DNA of 64,000 nt from a virus. Made by a program: the position numbers and the translations under genes. Positions 24,776-34,915 of this stretch are shown here, piece by piece (position 1 is the first letter of the stretch; each line of letters begins with the position of its first letter). Below the pieces are notes generated by a model. The model was not told where the DNA came from and made no database searches. It was given only the letters and a program-made list of their open reading frames with translations. The stretch covers positions 33,657-97,656 of IMG/VR virus record IMGVR_UViG_3300035701_000010; one strand, 5' to 3'.

Positions 24776-25378
24776 CTACTTGCTGGCGACGAGGGCGACG
24801 GCCTTCCTGATCGCCTTGGCTGGAGTCTTGGCCGCTTTCTTCTCGACCAACTCCGCTTTCACTGCCTTCCCCTCTCGCTTGAGGGCGGTCTTCTTGACGC
24901 CTGCCTCATCCGAGGCTTTGGCCATTCTGGCTTTCGCGGCGGCGGCTTTCTTGACCAGACCAGCCTCGTCCTCACGTCCCTTGTAGAGGGACGTATGGTA
25001 ATCGGCACGAGTCATCGGGTCGTTGGCCCGACCAATGAGCATCTCAGCCGTGACCTTGTCGAAGGGGACTTGGCTCAGATCATCCCATTTCCCGCCGCTG
25101 ATCTGGAAGATGCGCTTCCGATCCTTGCCCTTCCCTTCGTACATGGGGCGAGTGATGATCGCATTGCCGTCACTCCGAGCGGAGAACAGAAGACCCCGCC
25201 CGTCCTTGACCTGGATGGCCCCATGAGCATTTTCAACCAGCGTCAATCCCTTCACCTTGGTGAGAACGCTGTTGAAAATCTTTCGGATGTTGGTATAATC
25301 CGGAGCCACTTTGACCGCGACGGTCTTCATGACCTTCTTGGTCGCCTCTACCGATTTGACACTGTTTGCCTTAGCCAT
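24776..25378 (-). CDS. K/A-rich basic protein, putative DNA-binding
   Basis: 200 aa, histone-H1-like tail, GC3-rich codons, followed by a terminator. Confidence 0.75.
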   Translation of the reverse strand: MAKANSVKSVEATKKVMKTVAVKVAPDYTNIRKIFNSVLTKVKGLTLVENAHGAIQVKDGRGLLFSARSDGNAIITRPMYEGKGKDRKRIFQISGGKWDDLSQVPFDKVTAEMLIGRANDPMTRADYHTSLYKGREDEAGLVKKAAAAKARMAKASDEAGVKKTALKREGKAVKAELVEKKAAKTPAKAIRKAVALVASK

Positions 25379-25731
25379 GAGAATTCCTCCTTCTTGGCTT
25401 TCTTAAGTCCAGCCATCTCTTTACGAATGGCTGTCATCGGGGGCCTCCACGTCTTCTTAAGTGCCTTGGTCAAGTCAGCCCTTAACTTGTCCTTGGGTCG
25501 GTCAATCCCATACGTTTGACGGTATAGGGCGACCGATGTCTCTAGGTCTTCCATGAACATTTCCTCAGTCCTCGCGACGACCCAAACCCGCCAGAAATCT
25601 TGATCCCCCTCCCGAGCGATGATGTCTCTGGCGTCTCTGGTATCTTGGCTGGTCGCAAACATCCGACTCCAGCCTCCATTCCTCTCCAACGCTTTGATTA
25701 CGCTGAGCGTTGGACTTGGGTAGTCGCTCAT
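25348..25731 (-). CDS. Hypothetical protein, first major gene after the sigma54 promoter
   Basis: RBS AAGGAGG before ATG at 25731. Confidence 0.6.
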   Translation of the reverse strand: MSDYPSPTLSVIKALERNGGWSRMFATSQDTRDARDIIAREGDQDFWRVWVVARTEEMFMEDLETSVALYRQTYGIDRPKDKLRADLTKALKKTWRPPMTAIRKEMAGLKKAKKEEFSWLRQTVSNR

Positions 25732-25805
25732 AACAACCACCTCCTTTCTTGTTTGACCATTGCGCTCCTCCTGTATCCTCGCTGCCTTGCTTATGCCCTA
25801 TACAC

Positions 25806-25822
25806 TGCAAACACCATGCCAA
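25806..25822 (-). promoter_or_regulatory. sigma54 (-24/-12) promoter TTGGCATGGTGTTTGCA
   Basis: GG-N10-GC spacing matches TGGCAC-N5-TTGCW; IHF-like AACCAATAGGTTA about 25-40 bp further upstream. Confidence 0.65.
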
Positions 25823-26254
25823 TTGATGAACGCTGATATCTTATTCATAACCTATTGGTTTTATTGCCTTTTTTAAGTCCTTAAAACATCGCTGTTTATT
25901 GAGGGCTTAAAGATGTGTTAATAGTGCCGCACTTGCCTATTCATTGGGTATATTTTACCACAACGAGAGGCTTGACGCAAGCAAAAAGTACTCGGTTTCC
26001 TTTGCTGGCAGTTTTGGCCTATGGACTGGACGTGATAGGGAATCCACGAACAAAAAACTCATTGTCTTTCATGTTATAGGAAACAGATAGAAGTTTTTTC
26101 ATTTGGCCACGGCTGGGGGGAGTAGCAAACGATGGGAACGCACGAGGGGCGAGGGGTGTACGAATAAGTCAGAGATTCTCATGTGCCCTCAGGTTCTGGC
26201 CCTCTAGTTCTGAGATGAAACGCAGGTTCAAAAAGTAGGAATTGGAAAGAGATT

Positions 26255-26406
26255 AGACCACGCCGTTCCGCCGTCAACGAATAGGATTAGGAAACGCAGA
26301 ACGTGGAATAGGAAAAAGGGGAAGCCCTGAAAAATCGCGAACTCGCGAAATGAGGAAACCCCCGCCCCCTCGATGATAATAGACTACACCGTTCCGCCGT
26401 CAACGA
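26255..26406. repeat. 26-bp direct repeat AGACYACRCCGTTCCGCCGTCAACGA
   Basis: Copies at 26255-26280 and 26381-26406; third partial copy at 30617-30636. Confidence 0.85.
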
Positions 26407-27237
26407 TTTATAGGGGCATCTAGCCCTTTAGTCTCCCCAGAACCCTTTCAAATTCTGGGGAGGTAAAAGGTTAGAAACTAGCCTTTGATCTCAGGGTCAA
26501 AATGTTGGGGTTGCTTATTCTTGTATTCTTTTTCGAGTTCTGAGAGATATGGACAGTCATCGTCGTGTTGGCTGAATGCAACTTCTGCCTCATATTCATC
26601 TCGACCTTTAAATTCTTTTCCGCATTCTTTACATCTGAAAATGATCATAGTTGTCTCCATCTAATTCTTGTTTGTCAGTTCAGCAAAGAGTTCCTGAATC
26701 ACAGCCCCTTTGAACTCATTCTTGCCACAGATGTACGAAGGTCCCATCACTCGCATGGCTTCTCTAACGTACTTCTTAACATGCGGATTGATCTTACCTT
26801 CTCCACATCTTCCCTTCTCTCTAGAGAAGGCTCTACATTGTCTGCATTTTACTATCATAAGTCACCTCCTATAGTTCATTTTTGCCACAGACTGTCGGAT
26901 AACGTTTTTCAAGAATGGCTATGGCTTCTACAATGGCTTCTTTGAAGGTAAGGATCGCATTCTTATCTATCCTTACCTTATCACCACATCGGCTAGAGAT
27001 TTCAATAGCGAGGTCTCCAGGGCGATCAATGACTTTGATTACTCCATAGGTCAGCCTGTTCCCTTCACGCTCTGTAGATGGCCCAACGGCATAGATAATC
27101 TCTTCTATGCACGCCACTTCATTGCCAATACAATTGACTAGTTCAGTTGAAGTGATTAGTCCTACGTGATGCTGCTCGCAGAACCGTTTGATGTTCGTGA
27201 TCGCTTGCTTATTAGGATCTTTGTTTACCATAAATCT

Positions 27238-27282
27238 TCTCCTTGAGCAGTTTAATGTCATGCTCAGGACGGTTAAGGGTTA
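27238..27282 (-). repeat. 45-bp intergenic structured element, copy 1
   Basis: Identical to 29350-29394. Confidence 0.9.
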
Positions 27283-27924
27283 ATAGTAGCACGACACCTT
27301 GCTGGTTTCAAAATCAATGCCTCTAAACATTTTGCATTTGTAATTAGTGAAGAGTGGCTGATCGTGTGGAGCAACGCTCATGCCTCTGCAAATGCAATCT
27401 TGCATACTTTCTACAAGCCAATCAGGTTGCGGTTGAAACAGTCCAACAGGGCAGTCATTCCAATCAGTGCAGATGGCTATGCTGCTGTCATCAACTCGGA
27501 TATACGCCTTTATTATCGCCATAGTTACCACCCCCTTAGTGTGTCTGCAGAAACGCCGAATTTGTCAAATTGAAGTATGATTTCCTTTCCTTCAAAAGTC
27601 TTGCCTGTGTTGATTCTGGTTCGTTGAATAGCTTCCGTGACTGCCTTACAAGAAGGCAATCCCCTAAACCCAGTCCTTCCAGATTGACGCCATTTGCCGA
27701 CTACCCAAATGTAGATGATTGGATAGCCGTAGCCTTCTTTGCCGTCAGACACAACGGCCTTGAGGATACATGGGTTGTCCTTGCTAGGATCACATCCCCC
27801 ATATTCCTCTTTGACAATCTTGTCAATGATGCTGATCATAAGATTGTCAGCCTGTGTGGGGTTCATCAAATCGCACATAGATGTCTCCTAATTTGGGGAG
27901 CCCGAAGGCTCCCCGGAAAGTTGG

Positions 27925-28617
27925 TTAGTTACCGGCAACTGCCTCAACCGCTGCCAGAATAGCAGGGGTAGCGGTTGCAACGACCTTAGCCTTTTTCTTG
28001 GCCTTGGGTTTGGCCGTTTGCTTGGCCAACTGCATTTTGATTGCAGCGAGCTCATTCTCTACTCTCTTACGGCGGGCCTCCAAGTCCTCCGGTTGAGCCT
28101 TGCCAGCCTGAGCTCTCGGTGCAAAGCCAAGCTGTTTCGCCCATGCGGTCGAAGCCACCTTGTCCTTCAAGGCTTTTCTAAACGCCTTGTCCAGATTGGG
28201 GTCGTCATATTTCAGGATGGTGACATACACCCAACGTCCAGGAGCCTGAGCACCAAAGCCGAGTTCCGATTGCGGAAGGTAGGCAACGATGTCGTTCGAT
28301 CTCACTGCCACCTTGATCCCAACTCCGGTAAACGCTTGAAGTGCGCCAAGCCCAGACTTGGAATCGGCCTTGGCAGAAACTCTGCGTGGAGGAGCCATCT
28401 TCAACTCCTTGCAGATGTCAATCAGGATCTGCTCTGCCCTTTGGCGACCAGTCAACGGAGTCACATCCTTCTTGGCCTTGGGCTTGGGAGTTCCCTTGGC
28501 AATCGCTCTGGTTTTCGCGATCAGTTCCGGATTGCTCTTTTTCGTGGCTTCGTAGTCTGCGGTCATCTTCGTAGCCATTTCCTCAGCCGTCATTTCCTTG
28601 CCATTAAGATCTACCAT
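27925..28617 (-). CDS. Basic early protein, paralog A
   Basis: Clear similarity to 29764-30432 (SKSG.GA.QA, KVAVR..DIV.Y.PQ, W.Y, DD..L.KAFRKALKD). Confidence 0.8.
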   Translation of the reverse strand: MVDLNGKEMTAEEMATKMTADYEATKKSNPELIAKTRAIAKGTPKPKAKKDVTPLTGRQRAEQILIDICKELKMAPPRRVSAKADSKSGLGALQAFTGVGIKVAVRSNDIVAYLPQSELGFGAQAPGRWVYVTILKYDDPNLDKAFRKALKDKVASTAWAKQLGFAPRAQAGKAQPEDLEARRKRVENELAAIKMQLAKQTAKPKAKKKAKVVATATPAILAAVEAVAGN

Positions 28618-28731
28618 AGAATCCTCCGAGAATCTTTGTAACGAACGTTAGTAAGACCGGCCAGTGTATCTCCCAACCCTCTGAACAAGACAGAGTGGGC
28701 CTTAGCCGTGGTTAGCGTTCAGCGCCTAGAA

Positions 28732-29094
28732 CTAGCATGGTCTAGCTCCCTTGCGCTGCATGTCTTTAAGATGGTTTTGAAGATAGTTAGTCAGATACTC
28801 TTCTTGAGTTTTCAGATCAAACCTTCTAGGGTTACGGGTTTTATTGAAGTTAAAGTATTTTCTTGAATGGTCTTCATGCTGACAATGGCCGTGGTTGATG
28901 GCTCCAAGGCATGGACAATCCAAGAAGACTTCGGCTTCAACTTTACGAACTCTAACTAGATAGCGATGCTTCTTTACATCCTCATCTCTAAAGACAAGAA
29001 TATAACCAGGCTTCTCCAAGTAGTAGAGTTCATACCAATCGACTCTTGTTCTGGTTCTTGGTATGAAGTACCTAGCCTTTTGCAAATGGTTCAC
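28732..29094 (-). CDS. SWIM-type zinc-finger protein
   Basis: Y.V...LDCPC.......CQH motif. Confidence 0.6.
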   Translation of the reverse strand: MNHLQKARYFIPRTRTRVDWYELYYLEKPGYILVFRDEDVKKHRYLVRVRKVEAEVFLDCPCLGAINHGHCQHEDHSRKYFNFNKTRNPRRFDLKTQEEYLTNYLQNHLKDMQRKGARPC

Positions 29095-29349
29095 CTCCCT
29101 TCAGGGCATATCGCAATCATTGAATTGCGAACCAGCATACTGGTCCAGTTCATCCGCCAGGGCAGGATGGAAGACACAGTTCTGGAAGTAATACATTCCA
29201 GGGGGAGGGAGTGGAAGCCCAGACATCTCCCTTCCTTGCCAGCCATGCGAAAACTTGAAGTAATGGTGTTTAATAATCGGAAGCGATTCAAATACATCAG
29301 CTTCCACCTCTACCAGCATACAAGGGACTTGAAGCAATGGCATTTTACA

Positions 29350-29394
29350 TCTCCTTGAGCAGTTTAATGTCATGCTCAGGACGGTTAAGGGTTA
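29350..29394 (-). repeat. 45-bp intergenic structured element, copy 2
   Basis: Identical to 27238-27282. Confidence 0.9.
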
Positions 29395-29763
29395 CGGTTC
29401 AATTTGATCTTGGTCCAGTTGAAGGGTATAGCCCAATACAGACAGTTTGTGACTAGTACTGAATTGAGCAGTGATTGGTCGTCCACATTCACAGATTACC
29501 ATTTGAATTTCTCCACTGTCTTCTTTAGAGAAAGTATACTCTTTTGCAAATTCTAGGGTTCGTGTGTTAAGGGCATGAAGCTTAATCCCATCATCCAGAA
29601 TGCGATAGGGTCTCATGCATTGGCACGCCAATTCATAATCTTGCATCAAAGGCTGTGCTTCCATCAACGCATTGAACATTTTCATATCATCATTAGTCAT
29701 AAATCATTTTCTTTCTTTGTTTAATTCTGTGCGTGTAGGATGCGCACCCCCCATTAAAGATGG

Positions 29764-30432
29764 TTACGCCGTGACGGGTTCCTGAGTTGTGATTACGGCT
29801 TTGGGTTTGGCTCGTTTCTTTGCCAAGGCAGACTTTGTTGCTTTCAGTTCAGCCTGCAACTGCTTGGCCTTCTGTTCCAGAGACAGGGCATTCTGGATCT
29901 TGGTCGCAACAACCTTCCGAGCAAAGCCAAGTTCCTTTGCCCATGTTGCTCCGGATCGTGTATCTTTGAGAGCCTTGCGGAAGGCTTTCTCCAGATCAGC
30001 ATCATCCCACCGCATTTGCGAGCAATAGACCCAAGGATCTTTCGACTGACGTCCGTATCCCAATGCCTTTTGCGGCATGTAGAATACGATGTCGTGGTCC
30101 CGGACTGCGACCTTGACCCCACCAGCCACACCATGAGCCTGGAATGCTCCGATGCCAGACTTAGAAGTGGACTTAGCCTGGATGCGTGTGACCGACAGTT
30201 TCATCTCCTTGCAAACCTTCGCAAGGAGGGCTTCAGCATGTGTTCTAGCACTCATAATAGTCACCTCCTTTCTTGTGGTTTTGGACACTTTTTCGGTCTT
30301 TTTGACCGAAATTGACCGCTTTTTCTTCAGTTCGTTATACTCTTTGGTCATTCTTTCGGCCTCTGTGGTCGCTTTAACAAGTTTTTCATCAAGAATGACT
30401 GGATTAGCCTCTTTTCCTATGACGTTTTCCAT
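29764..30432 (-). CDS. Basic early protein, paralog B
   Basis: Start reassigned to ATG 30432 (RBS GGAGG); paralog of 27925-28617. Confidence 0.8.
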   Translation of the reverse strand: MENVIGKEANPVILDEKLVKATTEAERMTKEYNELKKKRSISVKKTEKVSKTTRKEVTIMSARTHAEALLAKVCKEMKLSVTRIQAKSTSKSGIGAFQAHGVAGGVKVAVRDHDIVFYMPQKALGYGRQSKDPWVYCSQMRWDDADLEKAFRKALKDTRSGATWAKELGFARKVVATKIQNALSLEQKAKQLQAELKATKSALAKKRAKPKAVITTQEPVTA

Positions 30433-30914
30433 ATTATCCTCCAGATAATGTAAAATTGTGAATAAAAAGGGCGAATTATGATCAAAATCACCATAATTCG
30501 CCCCAAAAATGGTCAAATTGTGAAGTTAACGAATTTCCTTCCAACGCTTCCGAATGACGTTGGGGTTCGCCCTAGTAGAGACAAGTTGCTTCTGTAAGGT
30601 CACCTCCCTCCCGACAAGTCTACGCCGTTCCGCCGTTTTATTGGGGAGCGTAGGCTTCATTTCTGCCAGTTTAGATTTCCAGTTCATAGGTAGTCCTCCT
30701 CAACTACGGTTAGGGTTAACGAACCAGAAGATAGCCCAATCGGTTTCTCGTCCAATGCGAACGATTTCGTAATACCCGATTGTGTTTGGAATGAAGGTAC
30801 AGATGAACCAGTCCAAAAGGCTTCTTCGCTTGATGGCCACCTTACCATTCGGGAGCAATTTGTAATTCTTCATTGCTTCTCCTTGGGGAGTCTTTCGACT
30901 CCCCAGCTAAAGGG

Positions 30915-31301
30915 TTATCTGAGTTCCTTCGGATAGGCGCACTTGACATACGTTGTGGCTGGCTCGCCATCCGGTCTAACATAATCGAACAGTTCGACAA
31001 AATGTTTACAGATTTCTGGTTTGTCTGGGTGATGGAGATAGGTCACGACACATGGACATGTTGGAATACCACTGTCGATATCCCCATCGTGCATCTGTCC
31101 TTCCACCATCACGGGGCAATTCCAATCGTCAGAAACCTCAATCCTTGTCTCTTCTCCAGGGAGACTTTCGCTGCATACTTCTGCGAATCTGAAATCAATT
31201 CTTTCGTGCGCCCTAAAAGCCGCTTCGAATTCTTCATTTGCCGCCGTTCTCTTGCTAAACTGCTCAAGAGTTTCATTTGCCATTGGTTGTTCTTTACACA
31301 T
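30915..31301 (-). CDS. Acidic Cys-rich hypothetical protein
   Basis: 128-aa ORF with RBS, flanked by hairpins. Confidence 0.6.
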   Translation of the reverse strand: MCKEQPMANETLEQFSKRTAANEEFEAAFRAHERIDFRFAEVCSESLPGEETRIEVSDDWNCPVMVEGQMHDGDIDSGIPTCPCVVTYLHHPDKPEICKHFVELFDYVRPDGEPATTYVKCAYPKELR

Positions 31302-34127
31302 GCCTTTCTCCTTAGCGGAGAGCCGAAGCCCTCCGCTCGGTTAGTTAAGCGGTGGTCAGATCCTTTCTTGGGTCATGCCTTCGCATGGTGGTTGTCGAAG
31401 TTCTAACTCTGACTTGATACCGCTTGTCTTCGTACCCAGGAAAGAGGTTTTGATCGATCACTACGTTGTTTCGTTGAAGGGTTGCTCTGGTGACATAGCC
31501 TGGATGGTGTTTATCTCCAGCCTTTACCTTTCTACTCTGGTCTACAATGTATTGCCTTAATCCTTCCATGATTGCCTCCTATCAGGCTTGGTTAAAAGTT
31601 AGACCTTGTTGATATGCACAAAGATATAGCTTCCGCAAGAGCAATATCCGACAGTCTTGCTGAAGAAGTGCCCAAAGTCTTTATCATCTTCAGGATTCAC
31701 GCCATGTTTCTTGCGATATCTTCGCGCCGCTTTCGTTTCATTAATAGGGCTATTGCATTTGTAACATCGAATAACCCCATCTCTGAATTCACTTTTCACT
31801 GCCATTGTTGTCACCTCCTTTCTAAGATAGGGATGTGCAGTCCCTTCTGTTAAGGGTTGCTAGAACTTACCTTTCTTCAGATCTTCCAAGTGTCCTTGAA
31901 AAGCCCATCGTCCATAGGCGATGTTAAGATAGGGCAATCCAAGAAGTCGAGGCTGAATGATTTTGCCCTGCTTAATGAAACGAAGAAGTATTTCTTTCGC
32001 CATTTCATAGCAGCTAATCCATTCAAGCTTCTTGTACTGATTGAGGAGATGGTCTACATCGTCAAGAGGCCAACAAGTCCCTGCAACGATGCATTTGACA
32101 TCTTGCTCATCAATCAACCCCTTAGCGATGTCCATGATGCATCCGGACAAACTAAGACCAATAAACCTTGCATTATCCATGCTAGTTCCTTTCTAGAACA
32201 GGGATGTGCAGTCCCTAGGTTAAAGGTTAGTCAATGAATTGAATGCTTGACAAGTCCAACAGATTGGCTTTGGCGAAATGCCGTAGATTCTTTACATTGC
32301 TACGATACTTGGCTAATGCTTCTCTTCTAGCTGTGATCCTCTTGATCATTTTCAGCTCAGCCTTTAGCCTGCTCTTAGCCATGCCATAATCGGGCTTCAT
32401 CTCAATCAAGTCCATCGTTGTCACCTCCTTTCCTTGTGGGTTTATTTCTGCTTATGCCGACTCGTTAGAGCAAGCATAAGCAGAAGGGCTAACATCAGCC
32501 TCCTTGAGCGGACATTAGCCCTTCCTAGTTATGCTAGAAGCAGACTACTTTTTGGCTTTCGCCTTCTGCTTCTGCTGTCCTACCCTAACCTTGCCATTGA
32601 CAACGGTTGCCGTTGCCATCCGGTTGGTTTGTGAAGCACATCCCCCAACCATTCGCTGTTTCGCAAATGGAGCCGCCCAGATAGAGCAACCAAGCCCATC
32701 AATGCGACCACATCCTGTACATGCCGACACAATAGCCAATCTAAAAAGTTCCATAGTCATCTCCTATTGGGTTAAGGTTATGAAGATAAGTTAACGATAT
32801 GAAGTAGACCGTTGTTTCTGTTGACAAGGACAACGGTCAAACCTCCGACATCCCTAAGATGTCAGTATGGAGGACGGATGCTAAAAGCTTTCGCTTTCGC
32901 ATATGGTCTTATGAAGCAATCGCACTTCGTAAGACCACCTTCGCCCTTGGGCATAATCGTGGTCTCCATAGCTGATTGATATAATCAGCCATGAAGACTT
33001 ACCGACCATGACCATGAAGCCAAGGTCATCGTCCTCGTGATCCTGCGTTCTCTCCAACGAGAACCAGAACCATTCTGTGTTGGCGCAGGTCCATTTGAAT
33101 GGTTTGCACCAACTCCAGAGCTTCCATACGAGGAAGTCTATCATGTAGTTCACCTCCTTTTTAAGGGTAGATTTAAAACTTAACCCTTAATCGAAAGCCC
33201 TGTTTCCAGGGCTTTCTGTTAAGGGTTACTCACCACGGGTACCATTGTCTGTTTCCGTGTTTCCATTCCCAGAAACAGTCATAGGCTCCGTAATACTCCA
33301 TGTTAATAACTTCTAATCTAAACCAATACTCTCTCATCTTTGTCACCTCCTTCCTGTCATGTAGTTTGCCATTTACCAACTATATATGAATTGTCTATAG
33401 TCTGACAAGCAACTATAGGCAAATTTTTTTTGTCCCCCTCAATGAAGAGGGGGACAAATTTAAAGGTTAACGGCTTCCAGGTGAGCAGTCCTGCACCATC
33501 GTCCTAAGTTGGTCTTGAGTAAGACCTTCATAGTCCGGGTCATGCAGGTCGGACAGTAGCTTCTTAGTATCGCACTTCGAAGCTACTATGCCACATGACA
33601 CGCACTTCTTTTCAGAAGCACGTCCATTAGGCATGTCCCAATGGCCCCACGGAATGCATCCACTGACTACATAGTGGGTGCAAAGGCAATCCCAATTGCA
33701 CGGATCACGATAGCGCATCCGGCACTTGGCGTTGATTGCACAATCAAAGATTGGCAGATCAGCGTGTTTCTTTGCCATATTGGTATCCTCCTTTCAGGCA
33801 AGTGAGTGTGAACAGTGACATCTCAGTAAGTGCCTATCCTTACTGAACTGTTCACACGACGGGTTATGAAGATAGGTTAATTAGTTCCCAAAGAAGATGG
33901 GAACGAGTATGGTCAAGTTCAAGAACCATACCACGATACAGATGCCTCCAACCACTATGTAGATCCATTCTCTCATCGTTGTCACCTCCTTTCCTAGAGT
34001 AAAAAGGTTTGATCTAACTATCAGTTCACAGACTATTTAGACTGCCTGCAAAGCATGGGCAGAGTACAGGCATAGTTATATGGCTATCATTTGCTTATTG
34101 TATTTGTGGTGTGGTTATGCAATTAAA

Positions 34128-34748
34128 CTACCATGTTACTGTTGCGTATTGTAGTTTAGCAATTGCATACTTATTGCAATATGCATGTATTTGTTTACCC
34201 CATAGTTTGTATACATACAGCCCAACCATAAACGTTTGCCTTATAGCACAACCGTATAGTATTGGTTGCACCATGCACACCATTGGTATATATGCAACAA
34301 GGTTAATAAGCTTTAGCTTTTGTGCTAACCTTTGGTATTTTGCACCCATTGCAAACAACGTGTATGTTACTGCGTATAGCATACTGTTAAAGCAGTTAAT
34401 TGTGCTTGGTATGTTATGCCATAGTTGGTTAGTGTATATGTTAACTGCTAATGTTAATGCTATGCCAATACTAAGCGCAATATATGGCAGCTTAGTGCTT
34501 TTAATTGGCTTGTTGCCCCATTGCCTATTGCCATACCAATTTAAAAACACAAAATATACTGTTATTGCAATGTTGCCATACCATGCAAACCACCAGCCAA
34601 ATAATAACCAGTAAATATTAATTGCCCACCCAATTTTAAAAGCATGTTTTACAACAGTTGGGCTTTTAGCCAAAAATGCAAAGTTTTGGCAGCATGTAAG
34701 CCCTGTGTATAGCCAATTGCAAATAATAATAATTACATTAATAAGCAT
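34128..34748 (-). CDS. Asp/Glu-free polytopic membrane protein, PnuC-like (nicotinamide riboside/vitamin transporter fold)
   Basis: 206 aa, about 7 hydrophobic segments; YG.IAI.VYF.FLNWYG..QW resembles the PnuC pattern; SD is AAAGGGGT. Confidence 0.55.
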   Translation of the reverse strand: MLINVIIIICNWLYTGLTCCQNFAFLAKSPTVVKHAFKIGWAINIYWLLFGWWFAWYGNIAITVYFVFLNWYGNRQWGNKPIKSTKLPYIALSIGIALTLAVNIYTNQLWHNIPSTINCFNSMLYAVTYTLFAMGAKYQRLAQKLKLINLVAYIPMVCMVQPILYGCAIRQTFMVGLYVYKLWGKQIHAYCNKYAIAKLQYATVTW

Positions 34749-34840
34749 TTAATTACCCCTTTATTATTTAATTGTTATATTGTTAAGTTAACAACCGCAC
34801 GTTATTAAGTTATGTTGTTAGTTAATTATTGTTGTTGCAA

Positions 34841-34915
34841 TTATACATACATGCAAATAACTGCAACGCCAAAAACGCCTAACCACAATACATACCAAAA
34901 ATGTTTGCTTACCAT
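34841..34915 (-). CDS. 24-aa single-TM peptide MVSKHFWYVLWLGVFGVAVICMYV
   Basis: Manual translation; preceded by G-run SD AAGGGGGGT. Confidence 0.5.
   Translation of the reverse strand: MVSKHFWYVLWLGVFGVAVICMYV

Noticed and set aside
24311-30636. Short direct repeats as a CRISPR or mini-array
   Set aside because: Only 2-3 copies each, irregular spacing or similar spacers, and no cas genes in the window.
34111-34614. 167-aa plus-strand ORF in the GA/TC-free island
   Set aside because: Antisense shadow with no SD; long open frames are favoured here because TGA cannot occur.
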